Positions 39,287 through 49,305 of a DNA stretch of 64,000 nt are shown piece after piece. Position 1 is the stretch's first letter, and each line of letters starts with the position of its first letter. The notes beneath the pieces were generated by a model. The model did not search any database and was not told the origin of the DNA. It saw only the letters and a list, made by a program, of their open reading frames with translations. Source of the stretch: Candidatus Poribacteria bacterium (GTDB lineage Bacteria; Poribacteria; WGA-4E; WGA-3G); the NCBI GenBank assembly GCA_965198235.1, contig OZ240248.1, positions 3,200,001-3,264,000 of the forward strand, in the 5' to 3' direction. The position numbers and the translations under genes were made by a program.

Positions 39287-40305
39287 GTGGCTTCGTTTCC
39301 TACTCGAATACGTGGGTCAAAATAGGCATACAGCAGGTCCACGACAAGATTGACGAACATAAAGACCGATGCGACGAAAAGCACACCCCCTTGCACTGCG
39401 CGAACGTCACGAGCCTCTACGGCAGCACGTAACCAGGAACCAAGTCCGGGCCAAGAAAATATGTGCTCGGTTAAGATTGCTCCGCCTAATAGATAGCCGA
39501 ATTCCAAGCCGATAATTGTCAGAATGGGCACCATGCTGTTTTTCATTGCATGTTTACTAATGACTTTCCACCGCGGCAAGCCTTTCGCGTAAGCAGTTGT
39601 AATGTAGGGTTGGTTTAGCACTTCAAGGAGGCTGGATCGGGTCATCCGGGCGATAATTGCTAATGGGATCGTGCCTAACGTTATCGCCGGGAGGATGAGG
39701 TGCGCTACGGCATTCCGAAAGGCGGCGAAGTTACCTGTAAGAAGGGTGTCGATGAGATAAAAACCTGTGAGCGATTGGACATCTAAATCTAATATGACAT
39801 CGAGTCGTCCCGTGCTCGGTAGTATAGGCAGGAAATATGAGAAAAGCAAGATGAGCATCAATCCCAACCAGAAGATTGGCATAGAGATACCAGCGAGGGA
39901 TATTGACATGGAGAAATAGTCTAAAAACGTTCCGCGGGAGATCGCAGCAATGATACCTGCCGCAATACCGAACAGGATCGAAAATGCCATTGCTGCGAGG
40001 GTCAGTTCAGCTGTTGCCGGGAAATAGCGTTTGATTTCTTCGATGACGGGTTGCTTTGTTTTGAAGGAGCGTCCGAAGTCGAGGTGTGCGACATCCCACA
40101 GAAATTTGGCGTATTGGTGATACAAAGGCTTATCAAGCCCCATATCTTCTCGAAGTTCGGTGAGTGCCTTTTCGGTCGCCCGTTCTCCCAAAATAGCGAT
40201 GGCGGCATCGCCGGGGATGAGATGCACCATCAAAAATACAAGGAGCGATACCGCCAAAAGGGATAAACCGATGGAAAGAAAGCGTTGGAGAAGATAGGAG
40301 AGCAA
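39283..40305 (-). CDS. dppB: Peptide/nickel ABC permease (DppB/OppB)
   Basis: PGD, PATAEL, SMPIFW, ARMTRSS, DPRIR; 4-bp overlap with dppC. Confidence 0.9.
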   Translation of the reverse strand: MLSYLLQRFLSIGLSLLAVSLLVFLMVHLIPGDAAIAILGERATEKALTELREDMGLDKPLYHQYAKFLWDVAHLDFGRSFKTKQPVIEEIKRYFPATAELTLAAMAFSILFGIAAGIIAAISRGTFLDYFSMSISLAGISMPIFWLGLMLILLFSYFLPILPSTGRLDVILDLDVQSLTGFYLIDTLLTGNFAAFRNAVAHLILPAITLGTIPLAIIARMTRSSLLEVLNQPYITTAYAKGLPRWKVISKHAMKNSMVPILTIIGLEFGYLLGGAILTEHIFSWPGLGSWLRAAVEARDVRAVQGGVLFVASVFMFVNLVVDLLYAYFDPRIRVGNEAT

Positions 40306-40449
40306 GCGTTGAACCTTTCGTTAGCGATGCCATCTACATGCTATTCATAGACTCCATCTTTCTTTTCTTTACCAAAATGGGGTTAAATTAACCGAAAATC
40401 CGTTTTTCGACAGCGGAAAAATGGCACAGGGAGGCCCGTAGTTTAAAAA

Positions 40450-41277
40450 TTAGAAAAATGGGTTGTGTAATTTCTCTTCACCGACGGTGGTGGAAGGACC
40501 GTGCCCTGGAAAGAGTCTAACTGGGTCTGGAAGTGACAACAGGTTGTCTCGAACGCTATCAATTTCATCCTGGTAGGAGATGTTGGGACCGCCAACTGAG
40601 CCAGCGAAGATCGCATCGCCGACGAACGCTACGTTCTGGACGATGAAACTACAGCCGCCGGGCGTATGCCCGGGCGTATTAACGACGGTTACTGTGAGTT
40701 CACCGACGGTGAGGGTATCTCCGTGTGCCATCTCACGTAATCTCGTTTCGCTCCCCGGTTTCGGTTCGTTCGTATGGATGTAAGTTTCGCATCCAGTAGC
40801 GGTTTGGATCTTCGGTAAACCCTCGGTGTGATCGCTGTGGGCGTGTGTCAAAAGAATCGCTGTGGGATTCACATTGTGGGCATCTAACTGTTCCAAGATG
40901 AGGTCTGGATGCGCTGCGGTGTCGATAATCGCAGCGTCATTGGTTGCTTGGCAGATTAGGATATAGGCATTGACGGGCCATCCTCCTACCGGTGCGCTAA
41001 TTGTGATAACTTCAAGGGCTGAATCACTCATCTGTTGCGGTGGTTCGGGTTCCCACTGTTCTGTCGCGATATCGAGCAGCTTGGTGCCGTCCAAATTCAG
41101 GACTTCTGCGAGTCGAAGGACTTGCGTTTCTGTCGGTTTTAAGGTATACTGCTCCATACGAGCCAGTTCTGTCTCTGTGATGCCCGCCGCAGTGGCGATT
41201 TGGCTTGGAGGCAAGTTCTGCCCGCGTCGGGCTTTGCCGATGATGTCACCGAATTCATCTTCAAGTGCGTATGCCAT
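40450..41277 (-). CDS. MBL-fold metallo-hydrolase with N-terminal XRE-like HTH
   Basis: LEDEFGDIIGKARRG N-domain; THAHSDH, TPGHTPG, GD, PGHG. Confidence 0.85.
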   Translation of the reverse strand: MAYALEDEFGDIIGKARRGQNLPPSQIATAAGITETELARMEQYTLKPTETQVLRLAEVLNLDGTKLLDIATEQWEPEPPQQMSDSALEVITISAPVGGWPVNAYILICQATNDAAIIDTAAHPDLILEQLDAHNVNPTAILLTHAHSDHTEGLPKIQTATGCETYIHTNEPKPGSETRLREMAHGDTLTVGELTVTVVNTPGHTPGGCSFIVQNVAFVGDAIFAGSVGGPNISYQDEIDSVRDNLLSLPDPVRLFPGHGPSTTVGEEKLHNPFF

Positions 41278-41375
41278 GGGGTATGCTCCTTACTTATTGG
41301 TTTAAGGAACATTGTATCAAATAATTCGGTATAATACAATTGAAAATGGTAGACATCGAAACAGGAGGAATTCTG

Positions 41376-41948
41376 ATGGACATTCCGAAAAACGGTTCTG
41401 AACAAGCAGCAATATCCCTGGCGCCCATAGCAACCGATATGACCCTGGATGAATTTTGCCAATCCGACTTGGAGGGATATGAATATGTCAAAGGGGAATT
41501 AATACCGATGGCACCACCGACAATGGAACACGGTGAAATAAGTATGAGCCTTAGTTTGCTTTTAGGTGTTCACATTCGTGAAAATGAGTTGGGGCGTTTG
41601 TATCCAGCAGATACAGACTTTAAATTGGGTGACCGATTGGTTAAACCAGATATTGCGTTTGTTTCGACAGCGAGACTGCCTGAGAACAAGCGCCAGGCAT
41701 CCCCTGTGGCACCGGATCTAGCGGTTGAAGTCGTCTCACCGACAGATATTCAATATCGTGTTGTCGAAAAGGTGTTTGCCTATCTCAACGCCGGAACGCG
41801 CCTCGTCTGGATCATTGAACCTGTAGGAAAAACAGCGACGGTGTATCGTTCCGAAACAGACATCAAAACGCTCACATTCGAAGACACGCTTACCGGTGAA
41901 GATGTCGTTGAAGGTTTTTCGTGTCAAGTCTCACAACTTTTTGAATAA
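41376..41948 (+). CDS. Uma2 family (PD-(D/E)XK-like) endonuclease
   Basis: EYVKGEL, PDIAFV, PDLAVEVVSP, YL.AGTRLVW; AGGAGG RBS. Confidence 0.9.
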   Translation: MDIPKNGSEQAAISLAPIATDMTLDEFCQSDLEGYEYVKGELIPMAPPTMEHGEISMSLSLLLGVHIRENELGRLYPADTDFKLGDRLVKPDIAFVSTARLPENKRQASPVAPDLAVEVVSPTDIQYRVVEKVFAYLNAGTRLVWIIEPVGKTATVYRSETDIKTLTFEDTLTGEDVVEGFSCQVSQLFE

Positions 41949-41957
41949 GGAGATTTT

Positions 41958-42716
41958 ATGAAGCTTGGTTTAGTTACATATAATATGGCAAAAGATTGGG
42001 ATGTCCCTACAATCATCGAAAACTGCGTAGAAACAGGATTCTCAGGCGTGGAATTGCGAACAACACATGCCCACGGCGTTGAGGTAGAACTTTCGGCAAG
42101 TGAACGGTCAGCAGTAAAACAGCAATTCGCCGATTCGCCGATCGAGATCGCTGGTTTAGGATCCGCATTTGACTATCATGCCTCGGATCAGGCAGTGGTT
42201 CGCCGGAATATAGCGGGGACGAAGGCGTATTCTCAACTCGCAGCGGCTGTCGGAGCCCCCGGCGTAAAGGTGCGTCCGAATGGACTTCCCAACGAGGTGC
42301 CTGTTGAAAAGACGTTGGAACAGATCGGGTTAGCATTACGCGAGTGTGGTGAATTTGCCGCTGACCTCGGTGTTCAAATCCGGTTAGAAGTACACGGTGG
42401 TGGCACCTCTGAACTTCGTCATATCCGTACGATTATTGATGTCGCTGATCACGATAACGTCTACGTCTGCTGGAATTCTAATTTCGGGGAGGTAGAAGAC
42501 GGTTCTATTCTGAACAACTTCAACTATGCAAGAGGCAGAATCGGCTTGGTGCATATCACGGAACTTCACCGGCGTGAGTATCCGTGGCGAGAACTCTTTA
42601 CATTGCTGAAAGAATCTGGATATACAGGTTATACATTGGCGGAGATTGCGGGGAGTTCCGATCCGCTGCGCGTGATGAATTTCTATCGGGCGTTGTGGGC
42701 AGAACTATCAGGATAA
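41958..42716 (+). CDS. Sugar phosphate isomerase/epimerase (TIM barrel)
   Basis: GFSGVELR, RLEVHG, VHI, YTGY..AEI. Confidence 0.85.
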   Translation: MKLGLVTYNMAKDWDVPTIIENCVETGFSGVELRTTHAHGVEVELSASERSAVKQQFADSPIEIAGLGSAFDYHASDQAVVRRNIAGTKAYSQLAAAVGAPGVKVRPNGLPNEVPVEKTLEQIGLALRECGEFAADLGVQIRLEVHGGGTSELRHIRTIIDVADHDNVYVCWNSNFGEVEDGSILNNFNYARGRIGLVHITELHRREYPWRELFTLLKESGYTGYTLAEIAGSSDPLRVMNFYRALWAELSG

Positions 42717-42729
42717 AGGAGGCACTCTG

Positions 42730-43302
42730 ATGAGTATCCTAAAAGCCGATCATGAACAAGTTGTCGTATCTCTCACACCGTTGGAGACCGATATGACAGT
42801 GCAGGAATTTCTTGAAAGCGATTTAGAGAGATATGAATATGTGAAAGGAGAACTCATACCCATGCCACCGACTTCAGGAGAACACGGCGATATTAGTATG
42901 AGCCTTGTTTTATTTTTGGGTCCGTATGTGCATCAGCATCAACTGGGTCGTGTCTATACGTCGGATACAGGTTTCCAGATCGGTGACCGGGTCCTGATGC
43001 CAGATATTGCGTTTGTTTCGTCAGCAAGACTGCCTGATGACAGACGCAAAACGTTCTCCATCCCGCCGGACCTTGCCGTTGAAGTCGTTTCCCCGACAGA
43101 TGCACAGTTTCGGGTCGTTGAAAAGGCACTTGTCTATCTCGCTGCGGGGACCCGACTCGTTTGGGTAATTGAACCAGTGGCGAAAACGGTAACAGTGTAT
43201 CGTTCGGAGACAGACATCAAAATGCTCACGCGCGAAGATACACTTGACGGTGAAGATGTCGTGGAAGGCTTTTCCTGTCAAGTTTCACAGCTTTTTGAGT
43301 GA
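42730..43302 (+). CDS. Uma2 family endonuclease (paralog)
   Basis: Same motifs; C-terminus near-identical to 41376..41948. Confidence 0.9.
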   Translation: MSILKADHEQVVVSLTPLETDMTVQEFLESDLERYEYVKGELIPMPPTSGEHGDISMSLVLFLGPYVHQHQLGRVYTSDTGFQIGDRVLMPDIAFVSSARLPDDRRKTFSIPPDLAVEVVSPTDAQFRVVEKALVYLAAGTRLVWVIEPVAKTVTVYRSETDIKMLTREDTLDGEDVVEGFSCQVSQLFE

Positions 43303-43314
43303 GGATAGATACCA

Positions 43315-45651
43315 TTGTCCAGATTGCAATTTTATATCTTATCCATAGGGATATTTCTGCTGACTTCTATCGGTATGAGTGACACACTTGAAAGCATTCG
43401 TTTCAGCAACGATATTTGGGACGTTGAAATCGTTCCGCATTCGCTTGCTGTGAATGTCTATCCTGCAGGGACGGACATAACAGTTCGAGCTTCATCGGGT
43501 CAGACAGGATTTGGTGCTGTGACGGACTTTTCTGATGAAGGCAACGGTATGAGTTGGAAACTGCCGGAACGCTCCCTTACCGTTCACGTTGAATCGGTAA
43601 GGAACTCGCTAACGATCGAATTTATTCAAGATGCCCCTGCAAGCGACACACAAAATTTTACATGGCCTGTTATTAAAAACACTGAATCCATCCACGGCTA
43701 TATTTTCCCCTTTTTTGAGGGGAGTTATGTGCCGAAAGATGATTCAACATGGCGAGATTTTCTATGTGAACAGGGACCGATAAATACGACAGCGGGTCTC
43801 TCTATGCCGTTTTGGGGGTTGGATCTTGGCGAGAGAACACTTACCTATATTCTGACGAACCCCTTCAACAATCAAATTCTGTTCCGTGAGACGGAAACGT
43901 CTGACTTAGGTATGCAGGTATCACACGCCTTCACGCCGAATTGGGAACAGAAAACATACGGAGTGCGTCTTTCACTTGGTGCAGCATCACCCGTTGAACC
44001 TGCAAAGCAGTATCGGCAGTGGCTGATCGGGAACGGTGAATTCGTTTCGTTTGCTGAGAAGATAGCAAATATCCCAGAGGCGGAAAAATTGCTCGGTGCC
44101 GCCCATATCTATCTCTGGGGAGGCAAGCTCCTCAGTCAGTACGATATAAGGGATTGGAAGGCGTTTGCTACAAAACTTAGTCTTGGTGGCGATGAAAATA
44201 CGGTTGGAGCGGTCGGGAAACACATCTTTTCACAACTGAACACAGAGGCACAGGAAGTCGTCCAAAACATGGCACGGGCTGATTATTCCTCTAACTACAG
44301 CCGACGTGTTGTGAGCCGTGCATTAAGTGAACAACTTGAGAAACCCGGTTTTTACAATGCCTCTGCGTGGGCAGGAATTCCCCTCGCATCAGAAACAGAA
44401 ACGTTGGTTTCGCAGGACGTATCCACGCTATCGCTTCCAGAAATTTACCGACGCAACTGTCTGCTACTTTACGAAGCCTTCCCCGACATACTACGGCATC
44501 CAGACGAATGGGGAGATGGTCTCTCTGTGAAACTACTGGAGCGGCTCGCTGAAAGTGGGTTGGACAGACTCTGGCTCGGTGCTGATTCATGGCAGGACGG
44601 ATTTCGGCATCCGACTGCTGTCGCGAAAGCGAAAGAACTCGGTTATCTGGTCGGACCCTACGATTCTTACCATAGTATCCATCATCCGAACGAAAAGGAT
44701 ACGTGGGAAACCGCACAATTTGATCTGTCGCTTTATGAGACTGGCGCAATTGTCAACGCAGATGGCACGAAGAATAAAGGGTTTAAAAAGAAAGGGTATC
44801 ACTTAAGTCCGCTCGTCGCGCAATCTTATGTCGAGGATCGCGTCAACGGCATCGTTACACAGATGCCAACAGACTTCAATTCGTGGTTCATTGATTGCGA
44901 TGCTTACGGTGAACTCTTCGACGACTATTCGCCATCCCATCCTGCGACGCAGTTAGATGGTATGAACGCACGACTTGCTCGTATTGCATGGATTCGAGAT
45001 ACGTATAATATGGTCGTAGGTTCGGAAGGTGGTGCTGCTTACGCCGCAGCGACGCTCCACTTCGCACACGGAATGATGGTCCCTGTCGTCGGGTGGGGTG
45101 ACCCAGATATGAAGACGAAAAATTCACCCTACTACATTGGTGGATACTGGCCCCCCGAGGCTCCAGCGATCCACGTCCAACAGGTGCCTCTCAAACCTAA
45201 CTACCTGTATCTTTATTTTGATCCGCGTTTCCGGTTACCGCTCTACCAGATTGTGTTTCATGACTCAGTGGTCACGACAAACCATTGGGGGTCTGGCAGC
45301 CTCAAATTTGAGAATGCAATCGAGACGTTGGCACTGTTGGAATTGCTTTACAACGTCCCGCCGTTATACCATCTGAATATGTCAGAATTTTCAAAGCATG
45401 AAGTGTGGATAAAGCGGCACTACGCTTTCTTTTCACCGTTGCATCGGCACATCGGCGGTCAGACGATGACCGATTTTGAGTGGTTGAGTGAAGATAAGCA
45501 GGTCCAACGCACTGAATTTGGGAATACTGTTGAACTGTTCGCGAACTTCGGAACGAACCCGTTTGAATATGAAGGTGTGATGATTCCGGGACAAAGCGTT
45601 ATAGCGAGATGGGTTGGTACTGGTGAAGCTGAGGTGTTTTCTGCAGAGTAA
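43315..45651 (+). CDS. Secreted glycoside hydrolase, GH129/GH101-related
   Basis: Signal peptide; GPYDSY, WFIDCD, VGSEGG, PLYQIVFHDSVV motifs. Confidence 0.65.
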   Translation: MSRLQFYILSIGIFLLTSIGMSDTLESIRFSNDIWDVEIVPHSLAVNVYPAGTDITVRASSGQTGFGAVTDFSDEGNGMSWKLPERSLTVHVESVRNSLTIEFIQDAPASDTQNFTWPVIKNTESIHGYIFPFFEGSYVPKDDSTWRDFLCEQGPINTTAGLSMPFWGLDLGERTLTYILTNPFNNQILFRETETSDLGMQVSHAFTPNWEQKTYGVRLSLGAASPVEPAKQYRQWLIGNGEFVSFAEKIANIPEAEKLLGAAHIYLWGGKLLSQYDIRDWKAFATKLSLGGDENTVGAVGKHIFSQLNTEAQEVVQNMARADYSSNYSRRVVSRALSEQLEKPGFYNASAWAGIPLASETETLVSQDVSTLSLPEIYRRNCLLLYEAFPDILRHPDEWGDGLSVKLLERLAESGLDRLWLGADSWQDGFRHPTAVAKAKELGYLVGPYDSYHSIHHPNEKDTWETAQFDLSLYETGAIVNADGTKNKGFKKKGYHLSPLVAQSYVEDRVNGIVTQMPTDFNSWFIDCDAYGELFDDYSPSHPATQLDGMNARLARIAWIRDTYNMVVGSEGGAAYAAATLHFAHGMMVPVVGWGDPDMKTKNSPYYIGGYWPPEAPAIHVQQVPLKPNYLYLYFDPRFRLPLYQIVFHDSVVTTNHWGSGSLKFENAIETLALLELLYNVPPLYHLNMSEFSKHEVWIKRHYAFFSPLHRHIGGQTMTDFEWLSEDKQVQRTEFGNTVELFANFGTNPFEYEGVMIPGQSVIARWVGTGEAEVFSAE

Positions 45652-45832
45652 CCCAAGTTGCTACTTACACGATTTTAGGCATACAACGTCCTTTTTTACG
45701 GAAGGTTGTTGATGACCTCACGATTTTGTAGCGTATCCTGTTAGGTTGCGCACCCTTAAGCACAGACTAACAGTCTATGCTACAAAAATGGCAACTTGCG
45801 TTATCTATAGAAACGGCGGTATACCCAGTTTC

Positions 45833-45909
45833 GCACTCCAGCGGAGTGCTATGTCTATAGAAAAGACGCACGCGAGCCACCGCACTCCAGCGGAGTGCTA
45901 TGTCTATAA
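45833..45909 (+). repeat. Direct pair of REP-like hairpins GCACTCCAGCGGAGTGCTATGTCTATA
   Basis: Two copies 49 nt apart; same unit at 52237 and 52286. Confidence 0.85.
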
Positions 45910-46006
45910 AGTAGGTAGCAATTTGAGTTAATTTATAGTTGGCAAAGCAGGAAAAATATGATACACTTTTGGAAATCTATTTACATGGAGGTTTGTAGAC
46001 ATTAGT

Positions 46007-47059
46007 ATGAAAGATTATCCGAATCGGGAGGCACTCCGTAAGGCACACGACATATATCGGGATGCTATGCGTCCATTCATTGTCCAATGCTTGAAGAGGG
46101 TTAAAGGCGAGAACATTGAAGACTTAATTCGCTATTCTTTGGACGATTGGGGGAGGGAAAAATTTGAGCAAAGTCTACAAGGGTCCGACGAAAGCATCGA
46201 AGCAGCCATAGATATTGGCGATTTTCCCCACATTATCGGAAAATATTGGTATCTTGATCGGGCTTTCAGTCAACAGTTTGATTCCAATTCAAAGGTCCAA
46301 TATAAGACTGGAATTATAGCGGACGGTCGAAATCTTTGGGCACATCCAGGGGTAGAGGATCTGGACCCCGAACGCACTCGGGCAGACTTAACTTACGTCG
46401 CTGAAGTACTCGGCGAGATTAACAATCGAGATGCAAAGCGTGAAGTTGAAGATATCCGAGATCAGCTTTTTTCTCATGAAGAGGAAGAACACACCGCGGA
46501 TGTATCTGACCAACTGGAAGTGGTAGGAGCAGAGAACACTGAATTGAAAAAACAGCTCAATACTACATCAAGTCGATTGGAAGAGGTGGAAACAGAATGG
46601 ATTGCTTCCGAGGAACGCCTCACAGATAGGTTAAATCTGTTGAAATCAGTGGAAGCGGAGAACGCTGACTTGAAAAAACGTCTTTTGGAAAAAGAGAATC
46701 GTCTAAAAACTGTTGAATCGGAAAGTGGCGAACGCATCAAAACCTTGTCGGAACAGTTGATTGATAATGCTACAAAGTTGGAGGCTTTGAAAGAGGAAAC
46801 ACTTTCAACGTTGTCAGATCAATTGAGGACGGTAGAAGCAGAAAAGACCGAATTGAAGGAAACGGACGAAGACAGCATTTTCTTAAACGAAGTGTGTACG
46901 GAATCCCAAAGTGATTCCGAGAGTCCTGCGAAGTCTCCAAAACCTCAGCGGAAATGGCGGCGGCCCGGTGCAGTCGCTGCCTCCGAGATACTGTCGAGAT
47001 TCAGGAAACTGAGGCAAAAATTGCGAAAATTCTCAATCCGAGCGAAAAATCTCGCTTAG
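46007..47059 (+). CDS. Swt1-like HEPN domain plus coiled-coil protein (possible C-terminal frameshift)
   Basis: YRDAMRPFI, DIGDFP.II..YW, GRNLWAHP (Rx4H), long E/K/L heptad region. Confidence 0.7.
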   Translation: MKDYPNREALRKAHDIYRDAMRPFIVQCLKRVKGENIEDLIRYSLDDWGREKFEQSLQGSDESIEAAIDIGDFPHIIGKYWYLDRAFSQQFDSNSKVQYKTGIIADGRNLWAHPGVEDLDPERTRADLTYVAEVLGEINNRDAKREVEDIRDQLFSHEEEEHTADVSDQLEVVGAENTELKKQLNTTSSRLEEVETEWIASEERLTDRLNLLKSVEAENADLKKRLLEKENRLKTVESESGERIKTLSEQLIDNATKLEALKEETLSTLSDQLRTVEAEKTELKETDEDSIFLNEVCTESQSDSESPAKSPKPQRKWRRPGAVAASEILSRFRKLRQKLRKFSIRAKNLA

Positions 47060-47107
47060 AGCGCGAATTGCGCGAGGCAAAACGAGCCGTGGATGGTTCT
47101 TGATTTT

Positions 47108-47551
47108 ATGAACCGTAATTTACACAATGGAATCAGCGAACTCGCTGTAGCCAGGCGTCAACGCTTGGCAGATGCGAAAGCACTTCTCAATGCCTCTCGG
47201 TGGCGGGGCGCGATGTACATCGGGGGATACGCAGTGGAGTGCCTCTTAAAAACGAAATTAATGCACATCTACGATTGCAAAAATTTGAGCGAACTAGAAG
47301 ACTTACTTCGGCAACGTTCTATACTTTCTGCACACCGTACAGTCTTTACACACCAATTGGAAGATTTACTAAGACTTATCCCAGGCTATGGCCGGATGAT
47401 ACAAAATCGCGACATATTGTCTTTGTTTAACAAAGTCAACCGATGGATGCCAAACTGGCGTTACACGTCCAAGTTCGCAGATCGTGGAGAGGCAACTGAG
47501 TTCATGACTGCTATTGAAAGGTTCATGCAGTGGATAGACAATAACCTCTAA
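47108..47551 (+). CDS. HEPN domain protein
   Basis: RLADAKALL, AMYIGGYAVECLLK, THQLEDL, W..NWRY. Confidence 0.8.
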   Translation: MNRNLHNGISELAVARRQRLADAKALLNASRWRGAMYIGGYAVECLLKTKLMHIYDCKNLSELEDLLRQRSILSAHRTVFTHQLEDLLRLIPGYGRMIQNRDILSLFNKVNRWMPNWRYTSKFADRGEATEFMTAIERFMQWIDNNL

Positions 47552-47565
47552 TGGAGAACTTACAC

Positions 47566-47826
47566 ATGGCGTGCGAAATCTTAAAGCAGAAAATTCACAA
47601 TACCCTCAAATCCGGATACTTCAGCGATGCAAAAGATTTTGTTGATGTTTCTGACGGTTCCGCGGATCATGTCCATATTGTCGTCGTCAGCCGAAAATTC
47701 AAGGGACACACTATGGGAAACAGGGTCGATATCATCTGGGACGTGTTGACAAAGCATCTTTCCCAAGAGGAATGGGGACATGTGTTCCTCTCCATCGGCA
47801 TGTTGCCTGAAGAGGTTATGCTCTAG
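47566..47826 (+). CDS. BolA-like small protein, copy 1
   Basis: DVSDG..DHVHIVVVSRKFKG....RVDIIWDVL...PEE; start at 47566 after GGAG, matching copy 2. Confidence 0.6.
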   Translation: MACEILKQKIHNTLKSGYFSDAKDFVDVSDGSADHVHIVVVSRKFKGHTMGNRVDIIWDVLTKHLSQEEWGHVFLSIGMLPEEVML

Positions 47827-47842
47827 TAATTGAGGTGGAGAT

Positions 47843-48115
47843 ATGGCATGTGAGATCTTAAAGCAGAAAATTCATAATGCGCTCAAAGCAGGCTCCTTCA
47901 GCGGGCCAGACTACTTCATTGATGTCTTCGACGATGACGAAGAACACATCCGCATTCTTGTCATCAGTCGTAAATTTGACATCTATGAATACAAACGCTC
48001 AGAACGGGAAGACCGGGTTTGGGAAGATATCTTGCAAGTGCTATCCGAAGATGAACTTGAACACATTTCCCGTATCGTTACCGTGAATCCCGAAGAGATT
48101 AAGATCTATACCTAA
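47843..48115 (+). CDS. BolA-like small protein, copy 2
   Basis: Identical MACEILKQKIHN start; HIRILVISRKF...REDRVWEDI...NPEE. Confidence 0.6.
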   Translation: MACEILKQKIHNALKAGSFSGPDYFIDVFDDDEEHIRILVISRKFDIYEYKRSEREDRVWEDILQVLSEDELEHISRIVTVNPEEIKIYT

Positions 48116-48243
48116 CATTATACACACCTCCTATAGCCTCCGACAAAGTAAAATTTCAGTTGCAATCGACGGATCCCTCCCGGTATAATACAGTTATCGT
48201 CCTATCTCATTAGAATAATTGCGTTTCCCGAATTTCGCTGGAG

Positions 48244-48600
48244 GTGGAAACTATGTTTATGCAGAAACTCGCAGCCAGTCTTCGGTTCCTTGGAATTCTA
48301 TTTGTTAGGATTTTAGCGGGAATCGTAGTAGGACACTTGTGGGTTGCCGCTGTAGCATTTATTTTTCATATCACGGGGGAAAATGTAGTATCTGAACACG
48401 CTGCGATAGGTTACGATTTTCACATTAGCAATCCTTATGATTATTTTGATTCAAAATACGACACAAGCAGCCCTGTTTTTCGTGTTGTCGCTTGGGTTGC
48501 ATGTATAGGAAACTTGGGGTGTATGGTTCTTGGCATTCTGTGGGGTTTTTCTCAAGGTAGATTAGATTTGCGGAGATGGTTGAGAAAACGACCAGTTTAG
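48244..48600 (+). CDS. Hypothetical membrane protein
   Basis: Two hydrophobic segments; upstream TTGCAA...TATAAT promoter-like sequence and GGAGG. Confidence 0.55.
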   Translation: METMFMQKLAASLRFLGILFVRILAGIVVGHLWVAAVAFIFHITGENVVSEHAAIGYDFHISNPYDYFDSKYDTSSPVFRVVAWVACIGNLGCMVLGILWGFSQGRLDLRRWLRKRPV

Positions 48601-48631
48601 AAAAGTAGTATCCTTTTCATAAGGGAAAGTT

Positions 48632-49021
48632 ATGGATCAGATCGAATTTTATCAGGCAAAGCTCAATTACGAGACGGATTCTTGGGACCTCTTTGAGGCA
48701 CTCAATAACGGGGAACCGATTGTCGTCATAGATGCGCGTTCTTCAGAGGCGTATGCGCATGAACACATTCCAACAGCGATAAATATACCGCATCGAACAA
48801 TGTCTGAGGCGACGACAAGTGAACTCGATAAATCTAAGGTGTATGTGACCTACTGTGATGGTATTGGTTGCAATGCTTCTCCCAAAGGTGCTTTGAATAT
48901 GGCAAAATTAGGGTTTCAGGTTAAGGAGTTAATCGGTGGTTTAGATTGGTGGAAACGTGATGGCTACGAAACGAAAGGCGAGCAAGGAATATCAGGTTCG
49001 CAAGTTGTGTGTGGATGCTAA
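48632..49021 (+). CDS. Rhodanese-like domain protein
   Basis: VIDAR, HIPTAINIP, YCDGIGCNAS, LIGGLDWW. Confidence 0.9.
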   Translation: MDQIEFYQAKLNYETDSWDLFEALNNGEPIVVIDARSSEAYAHEHIPTAINIPHRTMSEATTSELDKSKVYVTYCDGIGCNASPKGALNMAKLGFQVKELIGGLDWWKRDGYETKGEQGISGSQVVCGC

Positions 49022-49036
49022 TACTGTAATAACATT

Positions 49037-49164
49037 TATAGTAAAATCCCAAAATCCGTGAACACCTTGAGAAGTGAACCCCCCTTCCCCCCTTATCAGG
49101 GGGGTAAGAGACACGTCAAAATCTCCAAGTTTAAAGTGCCTCAATAATTGTGGGCTTTACTATA
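49037..49164. mobile_element. MITE family B copy carrying the CCCCCCTTATCAGGGGGG hairpin
   Basis: TATAGTAAAATCCCA ... TGTGGGCTTTACTATA ends. Confidence 0.7.
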
Positions 49165-49265
49165 ATTTGCAATCGCTGGCCAAGAGGGTGTATAATTAAA
49201 ATCGGTCTGTTTCATTTGTAGCAAAACACTTTTTCTGAAAATTCTTCAGAAACACGAGATTTAAT

Positions 49266-49294
49266 TTGCAATTGCGAATGAAATGGTGTATAAT
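49266..49294 (+). promoter_or_regulatory. Sigma70 promoter of tRNA-Asn
   Basis: TTGCAA-17bp-TATAAT; a second similar TTGCAA..TATAAT at about 49167-49196. Confidence 0.65.
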
Positions 49295-49305
49295 TACATT
49301 AACAT

